Origin: an uncultured Verrucomicrobiae bacterium
GTDB taxonomy: Bacteria; Verrucomicrobiota; Verrucomicrobiia; Limisphaerales; Palsa-1400
Direction: 5' to 3'
Length of the DNA stretch: 64,000 nucleotides
NCBI GenBank assembly: GCA_963702845.1
Contig: OY969763.1
Span: forward strand, 480,001-544,000
The translations under genes were made by a program, and so were the position numbers. The notes beneath the pieces are model-generated. The model saw only the letters and a program-made list of their open reading frames with translations, was not told where the DNA came from and did no database searches. This document shows, piece after piece, positions 1 to 9,136 of the stretch (its first letter is position 1; each line of letters opens with the position of its first letter).

Positions 1-2
1 TC

Positions 3-377
3 CCGGCGGCATATGCGTTGATGTATCTGCCGAGCAATTGTTCGTTCCGGATGACGGATATCTGGCGCAGTTTTGTGGCGCAACGTTGCTTGTGGGAATT
101 GGGAACGGGCGTGACGTTCCATGGCCCGGAAGTGGTCCAGGCGCGGAACACGCACGATTTGATGCGGAATTTTGAGGACGAAATTTCGGGCTACCTGCGC
201 AACACGCACATTGCGCGCTGGCTCGACGAAGCGCCGCTGAAGCCAGGACCGGAAGCGGTGCCGGACAATATGCTCATTTGTTATGAGCTGCTGATTTCGC
301 AGGGCGTGTTTCCGGCGAAGGAGCTTGAGCTGGTGCGCGCGTGGTTGGAAGACGTTAAAAAGTTGCAGGAGGCGTAG
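3..377 (+). CDS. STELLO/DUF288-like glycosyltransferase family protein, C-terminal part (5' truncated by window)
   Basis: Motif YLPSNCSFRMTDIWRSFVAQR...QARNTHDLMRNFEDE resembles the STELLO family. The frame is open to the window edge. Confidence 0.7.
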   Translation, partial: PAAYALMYLPSNCSFRMTDIWRSFVAQRCLWELGTGVTFHGPEVVQARNTHDLMRNFEDEISGYLRNTHIARWLDEAPLKPGPEAVPDNMLICYELLISQGVFPAKELELVRAWLEDVKKLQEA

Positions 378-518
378 GTTGCTACTTGCTATTTAGTAAA
401 TGAGTTGCTACATATTAGGTGGCACTCGTGGTTCGGGTTTCACATTCCAAGTGCTTCAAAAGGTCGTGTAGTGTTTCGGCTTGGATGTGCTGCGGGTTTC
501 CCTTACTATAGGCGTGAA

Positions 519-1775
519 ATGGCTCAGGCCGATCGTAGTAGAGGTAATTCATCCAAAGGGTTTTTAAAGCTGACGGTTGCATTCTGCCTTGGCGTCGCGA
601 TGGCCATAATTGTTCAACGTGTGGCTGCGACCAAAGCAACGCCGCCTCTGGTATCTCAAGTAACCCAACCTGTCGCGAACAGGACAGACAAGCCTTGGGG
701 CGAACTGGAAATCACGAGCATCCCGTTTGAGAACAGTGAAGAGGTTTTTCTGGATCGCGCAGACCGATTAAAAAAGCCGGAGTGGGTATTTGAACCGGCG
801 ACAGCAGCCCAAGTGCAGCAATTTCTGCAAACGGTCGAATTGACCGAGAAACAAAAGCGCGAGTTGCAGACGACGAACTCGTGGAAAGAGCAGACGGGTA
901 ACTGCACAATTCATCCCTCTCCAGAGTTATTGCTCAGCTTAATTCAGCCTGCGCGAGAGAAGATTTATGGCGTCCTGGGCCAGTGTTCATCCAACTACGC
1001 GCAATGTTTTCCGTTTCGATTTGCGCCGAAGCGGTTCGAAGAGCGTTTTGCGAACAGCGGTCTGGAGGCAGATACGGTGCAATTGGTCCGCAATCTTTGT
1101 TACACGAACGAAGGTTTGATGTCGTTTTGCGATCTTGGCGTGGCATCGGCCAAACTGAAGCCGTCGGAGTTCGACGGGTTGATTCGAGTTCTCTATGCAG
1201 TGCCGACGGTAAGGTTGCGTTTGCGGGTGCGACCGGACAGTAACATTGATCAGCTCGTCGCATACTGGGGAAAGGACGGCCGGGAAAAACGCGTGCGACC
1301 GATGTTGGAATCGCTGGCGCGAATGCCCGGTGGCGAGTCGCTGTCGGTTGCGTATCTGTTGCCGGGCGCGGCGCGTTTGCGGCTTTTTACGTTTCCGGAT
1401 GTCGCGCGCGATGCACGCGAAGCGCGGGAGGATTGCTTTTTTACGGCGCTGAATTTCTTTAATAAATACGCGGACGATCGGTTTTTCGACAAAGCCAATT
1501 CGCGACAAACTTTGCAGAACGATTACACGCTGGTGAAGGATCAGCCGACGTTCGGTGATTTAGTCACCGTGATAAACGGTCAAGGCGATGCTCTTCATAT
1601 CGCGGTCTATATTGCGGACAATATCGTCTTTACGAAGAATGGCGTCAACATCCTCCAGCCGTGGGTTTTGATGCGGATGGATGATATGATGAGTTACTTT
1701 CCGTCGCCGGAGCCGTTGCGGATCGCGATCTTGCGCAAGAAAGAGTTGATGCAAGCGAGCGTTGTCTCGCATTAA
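519..1775 (+). CDS. Membrane-anchored hypothetical protein with possible papain/NlpC-P60-like Cys-His C-terminal domain
   Basis: ATG at 519 is followed by a TM segment (LTVAFCLGVAMAIIV). The C-terminus has DCFFTALNFF...GDLV...HIAVYIADNIVFTKNG. Confidence 0.6.
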   Translation: MAQADRSRGNSSKGFLKLTVAFCLGVAMAIIVQRVAATKATPPLVSQVTQPVANRTDKPWGELEITSIPFENSEEVFLDRADRLKKPEWVFEPATAAQVQQFLQTVELTEKQKRELQTTNSWKEQTGNCTIHPSPELLLSLIQPAREKIYGVLGQCSSNYAQCFPFRFAPKRFEERFANSGLEADTVQLVRNLCYTNEGLMSFCDLGVASAKLKPSEFDGLIRVLYAVPTVRLRLRVRPDSNIDQLVAYWGKDGREKRVRPMLESLARMPGGESLSVAYLLPGAARLRLFTFPDVARDAREAREDCFFTALNFFNKYADDRFFDKANSRQTLQNDYTLVKDQPTFGDLVTVINGQGDALHIAVYIADNIVFTKNGVNILQPWVLMRMDDMMSYFPSPEPLRIAILRKKELMQASVVSH

Positions 1776-1900
1776 CGTCGCGGTTTGGATGTCGGTTTTT
1801 TCAGGGATGTCCCGTATGTTCGGAACGGTGTGGGCGAATACAATTCGGCATTATCGACACCAGTCGTATACACGGGATTTTTTCGCGAAGCTGGGCTGTT

Positions 1901-4462
1901 TTGTTGTGCCTTTCGATCTTCGCTGTGGCGACGGGTTGCACGCGCGCGGCGAATAGCAGTCCAGTGCCGGCTTCGGGTTCGACGACGCTGACGATCTTGT
2001 CGCCGAATCTTCTCGAGCTGACGCTGATCACCGTGAAAGCTCCCGACCCGGCGCGCGTGCCGCAGTGGGACTTCGTTGATGACAAGTTTCAATTCGTTGC
2101 GCTCGACGTCGCGCAGATTTCGGTTAAGGCAGGGGAGCGACAACTTTCGGTTAAGCGAATCGGTTTCAAGCGGCGGCCGATCTACGTTGGATTCAAAAAG
2201 CGGGACCTGCGGGTTGGGAACTATCTCTATTTAGAATTGGAGCAGCCGATTGCGGAGAATGAACCAGTGGAGGTGACGAACCCCGATGGCAAACTGTGGC
2301 GGTCGGAACAGAGATTTGCCGCCAAAGCCGACCCGATGCGCTTAAGCCCAGTGATTCACGTCAACGAGGAGGGCTATTGCCCGGCGTGGCCGAAGCAAGC
2401 GATGGTGGGATATTTTTTGGGGAACATTGGGGAGATGGATATTCCAACGGAAAAGGGATTTTGCTTAATCGATGCCACCGGCAAAAATGTTTTTACGGGG
2501 AAGCTGATGGTCAGGTCGGATGCGGGTTATGACTATTCACCGAAGCCTTACCAGGAAGTGTATGAGGCAGATTTTTCCTCTTTCAAAACGCCAGGCGAAT
2601 ACCGGCTACTCGTGCCGACGTTAGGCGTTTCGTTTTCATTTCGGATTGATGATGGCGTCGCAGCGGATTTCGCGCGGACGTATGCGCTGGGGCTTTACCA
2701 TCAGCGCTGCGGCACTTCGAATGATTTGCCGTTTACCCGGTTCACGCACGCTGCATGTCACATGCGACCCGCAGAAGTGCCGGATATGTCATTCGCGGCG
2801 GTGAATGAAGAATTGGCGAATATGACAGGGGATGCGCACGAAAACAAACGGCACACCGCGCCGCCATTGAAAAATGTGGCGGCGAGTTTGTATCCGTTCG
2901 TGCGGACGAACAAAATCGACGTAAGTGGGGGCCACCACGACGCCGGCGATTACAGCAAATACACGATTAACGTGGCGCATTTGATTCATGTGCTGACATT
3001 CGCAGCAGATAATTTCCCGGGTATTGGGGCGCTCGACAATCTGGGCATTCCGGAGAGCGGTGACGGGAAGAGCGACGTCTTGCAGGAGGCAAAATGGGAG
3101 GCGGATTTCCTGGCCAAACTGCAGGACGACGATGGCGGATTTTATTTTTTGGTTTATCCGCGCGACCGCGAATACGAGGACAACGTTTCGTTAATGGGCT
3201 CGGACACGGGCGACACGCAGGTCGTTTTTCCGAAGACCACGGCGGCGACGGCGGCGGCGGTGGCGGCTTTGGCGCAGATGAGTTCGTCGCCGCTTTTCAA
3301 AAAACAATTTCCGGAAGCGTCGGCGCGGTATTTGGCGGCGGCGAAGAAAGGGTGGGGGTTTTTAGAGCGGGCATTTTCGAAATACGGGCGTGACGGTTCG
3401 TATCAAAAAATTACGCACTATGGCGATGAATTTATGCACGACGACGAGATCGCATGGGCCGCATGCGAACTGTTTTTGGCTACTGGTGACCACAAATTCG
3501 AAAAGGAATTGATCGACCATTTCAACCCGCACGATCCGAATACGAAACGTTGGACGTGGTGGCGATTGTTTGAATGCTACGGGAACGTGATCAGAAGTTA
3601 CGCCTTTGCGGCGCGCACAAAGCGAATCGATGCGAAGCAGCTTGACGCGAAATTTCTCGCGGATTGCGAAGACGAACTGATTGGAGCTGCCAATGACACC
3701 TTAAAGTGGGCGTTAGAGAACGCGTACGGCACGAGTTTTCCCTCGGAATACAAACGGTTTCGCAACGCGGGATGGTATTTTTCATTGGATCGGGCGTTTG
3801 ATTTGGCAGTGGCGTGTCAGCTCGATTTCCCGGAATTAAACGATCCGCGTCCGAAGTTTGTCGAAGCGATCATCAGCAACATGAATTATGAGGGTGGGTG
3901 CAATCCGTTGAACGTTTGTTTTGTGACGGGCATCGGATGGAAACGCCAGCACCAAATGGTGAATCACTATGCCAATAATCAGCGCCGACATTTGCCTCCG
4001 ACAGGGCTGGCCATTGCCAATGTTCAGGATGGATTCATGTATTTGGATGCTTACAAGAAGGAGCCGACGACGCTGACGTTCCCAACCGATTGGGACGAGA
4101 AGAATCCGTATCCGTTTTATGATCGGTGGTCGGATGCGTTCAACACATCGACGGAATTCGTGACGGTGAACCTGGCGAGAAGCTTGGCTGCCTCGACGTT
4201 TTTGATGGCACGCAGTCCAGTGGCGAAACAGGCGTGGCGCAGCGCGGACGCCGCGATTCAGACGGATAAGGACGGGTTTGCGAAGTTGGTGGTGCATGGG
4301 ATGGATTTGAAACAGGCACGTTGTGTGTGGGAAAACGATTTGGGAGATGAAGCCATTCAGCACGGTCCGGAGCCCTTCCACAGTTCCGGCTCGACAAAAT
4401 GGATTGAAGCCGAAGCGTGGTGGCCCGATGGCCGGCGCGCGGTCGCGAGAACGTCCCGCTAA
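1901..4462 (+). CDS. Glycoside hydrolase family 9 (cellulase-type) with N-terminal Ig-like domain, possible lipoprotein
   Basis: GH9 motifs DVSGGHHDAGDYSKY, YHQRCG and GCNPLNVCFVTGIG. Ig-like segment IHVNEEGY...ADFSSFKTPGEYRL. Lipobox-like ATGC. Start codon uncertain. Confidence 0.88.
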   Translation: MLCLSIFAVATGCTRAANSSPVPASGSTTLTILSPNLLELTLITVKAPDPARVPQWDFVDDKFQFVALDVAQISVKAGERQLSVKRIGFKRRPIYVGFKKRDLRVGNYLYLELEQPIAENEPVEVTNPDGKLWRSEQRFAAKADPMRLSPVIHVNEEGYCPAWPKQAMVGYFLGNIGEMDIPTEKGFCLIDATGKNVFTGKLMVRSDAGYDYSPKPYQEVYEADFSSFKTPGEYRLLVPTLGVSFSFRIDDGVAADFARTYALGLYHQRCGTSNDLPFTRFTHAACHMRPAEVPDMSFAAVNEELANMTGDAHENKRHTAPPLKNVAASLYPFVRTNKIDVSGGHHDAGDYSKYTINVAHLIHVLTFAADNFPGIGALDNLGIPESGDGKSDVLQEAKWEADFLAKLQDDDGGFYFLVYPRDREYEDNVSLMGSDTGDTQVVFPKTTAATAAAVAALAQMSSSPLFKKQFPEASARYLAAAKKGWGFLERAFSKYGRDGSYQKITHYGDEFMHDDEIAWAACELFLATGDHKFEKELIDHFNPHDPNTKRWTWWRLFECYGNVIRSYAFAARTKRIDAKQLDAKFLADCEDELIGAANDTLKWALENAYGTSFPSEYKRFRNAGWYFSLDRAFDLAVACQLDFPELNDPRPKFVEAIISNMNYEGGCNPLNVCFVTGIGWKRQHQMVNHYANNQRRHLPPTGLAIANVQDGFMYLDAYKKEPTTLTFPTDWDEKNPYPFYDRWSDAFNTSTEFVTVNLARSLAASTFLMARSPVAKQAWRSADAAIQTDKDGFAKLVVHGMDLKQARCVWENDLGDEAIQHGPEPFHSSGSTKWIEAEAWWPDGRRAVARTSR

Positions 4463-4761
4463 CGCGATTCGGGCGGCAAGCTTGATGGCTGATCGATTGC
4501 TATCTGAATATCATTTACGGTTGGGTTGGCGTAGGGCGGGTTTGGAAAAGCCATGTTCCAACCAATGCGCCATTCCGGATGAGTGTCAGAATGCCAGTTC
4601 GTCATGTCCGCCAGTGGGTCCACCAAAATTCCGCGCTCATTGTTGTAACCTGAGCCTGCAGGTTCGTAGACAACGTGGCGTTGCGTCGTGCATCCAGCCC
4701 ATAGCACGGCTCCGACCACGGATCCCACGACTACCCGAAGAAACTTGTGATTCGGTTTCAT
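4459..4761 (-). CDS. Small putative lipoprotein (paralog of 4885-5154)
   Basis: MKPNHK followed by a hydrophobic stretch and WAGC lipobox. Shares the H.DTHPE.R.G.NMAFP...AIDQP motif with its neighbour. TAGGTT -10-like box lies 5 nt before the ATG. Confidence 0.7.
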   Translation of the reverse strand: MKPNHKFLRVVVGSVVGAVLWAGCTTQRHVVYEPAGSGYNNERGILVDPLADMTNWHSDTHPEWRIGWNMAFPNPPYANPTVNDIQIAIDQPSSLPPESR

Positions 4762-4884
4762 GGGCAAACCTATCCACGAAATGCATTTACCCAAGTGGGA
4801 CAAAGCCTGTTTCAAAATTACAGCGGCCGCTGACAACCCGATACAGCGCCAATGCGCGAGCTACAAACGAACACAGCTCATTAA

Positions 4885-5154
4885 TTATAATTCCGGCTGG
4901 TCAATGGCGTTGGACAGTTCATCGGCGCGTGGATGGGGCTTGGGCGATGTCGGGAATGCCATATTTATGCCGAGACGCCGTTCCGGATGGGTATCCGGGT
5001 GCATGTGGGTAAGATTTACCTGCTGGTCCAGAGCAATTTCTTCCGGTTGACCTCGCGAGGTTTCGGAGTGACGACTGGTTGCGCATCCTTCAGTTATGAT
5101 AACTGTGAGAGCCCCTGCGAGTGCCGCTCGCAGGAGCCATGATTTGGGGTTCAT
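4885..5154 (-). CDS. Small putative lipoprotein (paralog of 4459-4761)
   Basis: Signal-like N-terminus ending TEGC. Contains HPDTHPERRLGINMAFP...AIDQP. TAAGTT box lies 5 nt before the ATG. Confidence 0.7.
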   Translation of the reverse strand: MNPKSWLLRAALAGALTVIITEGCATSRHSETSRGQPEEIALDQQVNLTHMHPDTHPERRLGINMAFPTSPKPHPRADELSNAIDQPEL

Positions 5155-5400
5155 ATAATAACTTAGGCCGCGCCAAGTTTTTCCCCAACGGGGAGATTCC
5201 TGTTTATCCTAGTGGTGAGACATCTGAGGACGGTGTCTTAAGGTTCCCAAACCGTGTTCGGATTTTGGACAGTGCAAAAACAAACCCGGCACCAACACGC
5301 TAAAAGCCGCTGTTTTGCCCGTGGATGGTATCTATGATGCGACAGGCAAAATGGACCGATTCGGACTTTTCCTGATGAAATATCGGGGAATATACGGGAT

Positions 5401-5422
5401 TGGCATCGGCACTGCTTAAAGT
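5401..5422 (+). promoter_or_regulatory. Candidate promoter: sigma54-type TGGCAT-N5-CTGC (5401-5415) next to a TAAAGT -10-like box (5417-5422)
   Basis: GG-N10-GC spacing is exact. It lies 15 nt upstream of ATG 5430. Confidence 0.45.
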
Positions 5423-5429
5423 TGCGCTA

Positions 5430-6032
5430 ATGCACAAATTCACGCGCGCTTTAATTTTGATTCTGTTGTCTGCGTTGGCGTTCAGCCCTTCAGCTCGGGC
5501 CTTGACCATGAGCCAATTGAAGAGCATTCCGAACCTCACGCCGGACAAGTTTGCACATTACTTCGCCGATTTCGAATTCAAGTTTCACGCCGAAGTGCAA
5601 GACCACGATGTATTCCTGCGCACCAAGTCGGGCGATTGCGATGACTTCGCAACGGTTGCAGCGGAAGTGCTGGCGAAAAAAGGTTATACCCCCCGGATGA
5701 TCGCAATCCGGATGAAAGGCGAAACGCACGTGGTTTGTTACATCGAAGAAACCCAAAGCTATCTCGACTACAACACCCGCAAGGAAACCAGCCCGCTTGT
5801 TCCTTGCAGTGCAGATATTACGGTGATTGCAAAGAAAGTTGGGGAGTCTTTTGGACGCGATTGGGTCGCAACGTATGAGTTCACCTATAATGAAGGCGAG
5901 AAGGTGAAGCGCCTGGTGAACAATATTATTCCGAATAAGCCGGCGGCACAGCTCGCCAAGGAAAATTTGAATACGGCTGCGGCGGGAACGAAGACCAAAG
6001 CTTCCAAGGCTCCCAAAGCCAAGGCCTACTAA
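5430..6032 (+). CDS. Exported transglutaminase-like cysteine protease domain protein
   Basis: Signal peptide ending ARA. Cys-His-Asp triad pattern GDCDDFA ... THVVC ... YLD. Confidence 0.75.
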   Translation: MHKFTRALILILLSALAFSPSARALTMSQLKSIPNLTPDKFAHYFADFEFKFHAEVQDHDVFLRTKSGDCDDFATVAAEVLAKKGYTPRMIAIRMKGETHVVCYIEETQSYLDYNTRKETSPLVPCSADITVIAKKVGESFGRDWVATYEFTYNEGEKVKRLVNNIIPNKPAAQLAKENLNTAAAGTKTKASKAPKAKAY

Positions 6033-6135
6033 TTTCCCGGCTGGGACGTCGCGCCGCACGGTTAGACTAAAGTGGCGCGGTGTCCCTGCCTAAGTTTTGA
6101 TTCACGTCGCGCGTTTGAGCCGCTACTCTTGGGCC

Positions 6136-7080
6136 GTGGCAGAAAACGACCAAGGAACCGACGCAGCGATAGAAGATTTCCTCCGGCATTTGGCGACAGA
6201 CAAAGGCGCTTCGATCTATACCCAACGCAACTATCGCCAGGCACTGACTCAGTTCTTCACGTGGTTTAAATCCGCACGCAGCACGGAGCCCAAATGGTGT
6301 GATCTCAAACGCGATGACTTCCGGGAGTTCGTGAGGTTTCTGGGCAGAAACAATTTAAGTCGTGCCGCCATTCAATTGCGGTTTTCGGCGTTGCGGTCGT
6401 TTTATAAGTTTTTAATCCGCAACGGCGAGGTGGCCGCGTCTCCCATCAAAAATATTTCGCTGCCGAAACCGGAAAAACGGCTGCCGAAGTTTCTCACGAT
6501 CCAACAACTCAACGACCTGCTTGCGGCCCCAGCGCTGGAACTCAAGCGCGATTCGGAGAATGGCGAGGTGGACGCCAGTGCGTATCTGCGCGATGCGGCG
6601 ATTTTGGAGACGATTTATTCCTGCGGTTTGCGCATCAGCGAGCTTTGTTCATTACGCGCTACCGATTTGGACTGGAACGAGCAGTTGGTGCGGGTTCGCG
6701 GTAAAGGCAAGAAGGAGCGAATCGTTCCCATCGGTGCGCCGGCGCTGGAGGCGATTCGAAATTATTGGAAGGAGCGCAACTATCAGGCAGTGGAGGACAT
6801 GCCGGTGTTTTTGGCGCATCCGAAGAAGATTTCAGCGCTGAATCCAAGAACAGTGCAGTTGCGATTGAAAAAGTATTTGCATGCCGCAGGGCTCGACCCG
6901 GGAATGACGCCGCATAAATTGCGGCACAGTTACGCGACCCATTTGTTGGACGCCGGGGCCGATCTGCGAAGCGTGCAGGAATTGTTAGGCCATGCGCACC
7001 TGGTCACGACGCAGGTATATACCCACCTCAGCATGGATCGGTTGAAAAAGGCCTACGATAAGTCGCATCCGCGGGCGTGA
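6136..7080 (+). CDS. xerC: Tyrosine recombinase XerC
   Basis: Motifs YSCGLRISEL, GKGKKERIVP and HKLRHSYATHLLDAGADLRSVQELLGHAHLVTTQVYTH. GTG start chosen from the TACTCT box 6 nt upstream. Confidence 0.85.
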   Translation: MAENDQGTDAAIEDFLRHLATDKGASIYTQRNYRQALTQFFTWFKSARSTEPKWCDLKRDDFREFVRFLGRNNLSRAAIQLRFSALRSFYKFLIRNGEVAASPIKNISLPKPEKRLPKFLTIQQLNDLLAAPALELKRDSENGEVDASAYLRDAAILETIYSCGLRISELCSLRATDLDWNEQLVRVRGKGKKERIVPIGAPALEAIRNYWKERNYQAVEDMPVFLAHPKKISALNPRTVQLRLKKYLHAAGLDPGMTPHKLRHSYATHLLDAGADLRSVQELLGHAHLVTTQVYTHLSMDRLKKAYDKSHPRA

Positions 7081-7095
7081 GACTGCCCGTCTTCG

Positions 7096-8130
7096 CTACC
7101 GTTGATTGTGTTTTGAGGTCGAAATGTACGCTTGGGAAAAGCCCGTCGCCGGAATGTTAAAAGTGTAGTGTGTGCCGTTCGCATTCACTGAACATTTAAT
7201 GTAATTCGCAGCACACTTCTCCTCAAGGTTCGCGATGAATTTATCTTCCGTATTGAATTCGCTGCCGCCGCGCAAGTTGCGGTGCAGTTGATACATTCCT
7301 TTGATGCTCGCCGTCGCGCGCAGGCGTTTCACAGTTTCGGCGGAGCCGCCTTTATGCGGCCCGTTGTCCATCACAGACACGGTCGGCGCGAGCGTCTTTA
7401 GTAAAAGTGGATTGTTGCTGATGTTCATGCCGTGGTGATCAACTTGATAGACATCGACATTACCCACGTGGTCGAACGGACAAACCAAATCACTCTCTAT
7501 ATTCCAGGTTAGGTCACCCGCATCGAAAAAGGCAAAACCGTTGTAGCTGAGCTTGAGACAAACGCTGTTGGCATTGTCAGTTCGGTCAATGTCTCTCTTC
7601 GTCGCTTCTGAACACAGCTTGTTCAATGGATAAATAGCTAATGAAGGTATTTCTTTGCGAGTCGCTAACACTTGCAAAACCAAACGATTGGTGCCGGATT
7701 GCTTAAGAGGAACCAAGTCGAGCGGGTGAATTATTTTTCGGATCGCTGGGATTTTTTTGTATTCGTCGGTTTTATAAGGTCCTCCCTCCTTGGTGTCGGG
7801 ATCTTCGGGTAGCGCGCCGTTGTCCCAGATATTTATTATCGGCATCAACTTCGATAACCCAGCCGCGCCGCCGAAATGGTCGACGTGAAAATGGGTGGTG
7901 ATGAGGTAATCAATTTGTTTGAGGCCGGCGTTGGTAACCACAGTGTAGATGCGTTCAGCACTCGGTGCCCAAGGCCAGCCGCTGTCGATGAGAACGGATT
8001 CTTTGTTTGGCGTGACAATCAAGGTGGACGCGCCACCTTCGACGTCGATCCAGTAGATGTCCAAAGTGGGCTCTGCGGCGTTCACCGTGAGCGAAGCAAA
8101 TAGGAGCATGGCCAGAAAACGGAGGCTCAT
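7096..8130 (-). CDS. Exported ComEC/Rec2-like metallo-beta-lactamase fold hydrolase
   Basis: Motifs IDVEGG, LIDSG, THFHVDHFGG, NANSV, GDL and VDHHG, plus a signal peptide. Confidence 0.85.
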   Translation of the reverse strand: MSLRFLAMLLFASLTVNAAEPTLDIYWIDVEGGASTLIVTPNKESVLIDSGWPWAPSAERIYTVVTNAGLKQIDYLITTHFHVDHFGGAAGLSKLMPIINIWDNGALPEDPDTKEGGPYKTDEYKKIPAIRKIIHPLDLVPLKQSGTNRLVLQVLATRKEIPSLAIYPLNKLCSEATKRDIDRTDNANSVCLKLSYNGFAFFDAGDLTWNIESDLVCPFDHVGNVDVYQVDHHGMNISNNPLLLKTLAPTVSVMDNGPHKGGSAETVKRLRATASIKGMYQLHRNLRGGSEFNTEDKFIANLEEKCAANYIKCSVNANGTHYTFNIPATGFSQAYISTSKHNQR

Positions 8131-8212
8131 GGGCTGACGATAGCAGGGCAGGGCAGTTTTGCGATTCACTTTTGCACTTTGAACTCTCCTCCGCCTTGCC
8201 TATAAACACAGC

Positions 8213-9136
8213 GTGGCGGAACGTCTCACACTTTCGATTAACGCGCGCACGCGCTATTGCGCGGTGCTCGGCCATCCCGTGCGCCACTCCGCCTCGCCTG
8301 CCATGCAGAATGCTGGCATCGCTGCGCTCGCCAAAGATTGGCGCTATCTCGCGTTCGATGTGCACCCGGATGAATTGCGCCAGGCTATCGACGGCGCAAA
8401 GGCGATGAAGTTCATCGGCCTTAACCTGACCGTCCCGCACAAGTTGCTCGCCGTGGACATGGTGGACGCCATTGACTTGCGTGCGAAAAAATGGGGCGCA
8501 GTGAACACCGTCGTTTTTGAAACGCGCGTATCCGGCAAATGGCTGCCGCTTGGAACCGTAAAGGGATTCGAAGCGGGCGAAGTTCGCAGCCGCGGTTACA
8601 ACACCGACGCGGATGCGATTGTGCAATCGCTGTTGGAAGATTTTTCGTGGACCACCCTTCGTGGTGCGACAGTGCTGTTACTTGGAGCGGGTGGGGCGGC
8701 CCGATCTTGTGCCTTGCGCCTGGCCGAAGAGAAAATTGGCACGGTTCATTTGATCAATCGCACGAAAGAAAAGGCGCAGCAGCTCGGTGCTGAAATCAAA
8801 AAGGAAAACGCGAAGGTAAATTTGCAATACGAATATCCTTCAGCATCCGTCGATCTCGTCATCAACGCCACTTCGCTTGGCCTGAAGAAGGAGGATGCGT
8901 TACCGATCGATGTGGATTGGTTAAAAACGCGCAAACCGAAACGCGTTTACGATATGGTTTATCGACCTGCCGAAACTGAGTTGTTGCGTGAAGCGCGAAA
9001 AATCGGATGTAAAACGGCCAACGGTCTGGGCATGCTGCTTTACCAAGGCGCGCGGGCACTTGAATTGTGGAGCGGAGAAAAAGCGCCAATAAAAATTATG
9101 CGCGATGCTCTTGTCCGGGAGGTTCACGGTGTTTGA
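8213..9136 (+). CDS. aroE: Shikimate dehydrogenase
   Basis: Motifs GHPVRHSASPAMQN, NLTVPHK, GAVNT, GYNTD, GAGGAA, DMVY and GLGMLLYQG. Confidence 0.95.
   Translation: MAERLTLSINARTRYCAVLGHPVRHSASPAMQNAGIAALAKDWRYLAFDVHPDELRQAIDGAKAMKFIGLNLTVPHKLLAVDMVDAIDLRAKKWGAVNTVVFETRVSGKWLPLGTVKGFEAGEVRSRGYNTDADAIVQSLLEDFSWTTLRGATVLLLGAGGAARSCALRLAEEKIGTVHLINRTKEKAQQLGAEIKKENAKVNLQYEYPSASVDLVINATSLGLKKEDALPIDVDWLKTRKPKRVYDMVYRPAETELLREARKIGCKTANGLGMLLYQGARALELWSGEKAPIKIMRDALVREVHGV

Noticed and set aside
6136..7080. Tyrosine recombinase as the integrase of a mobile element
   Set aside because: It has canonical XerC/D motifs and size, housekeeping neighbours, and no att repeats, tRNA or phage genes nearby.
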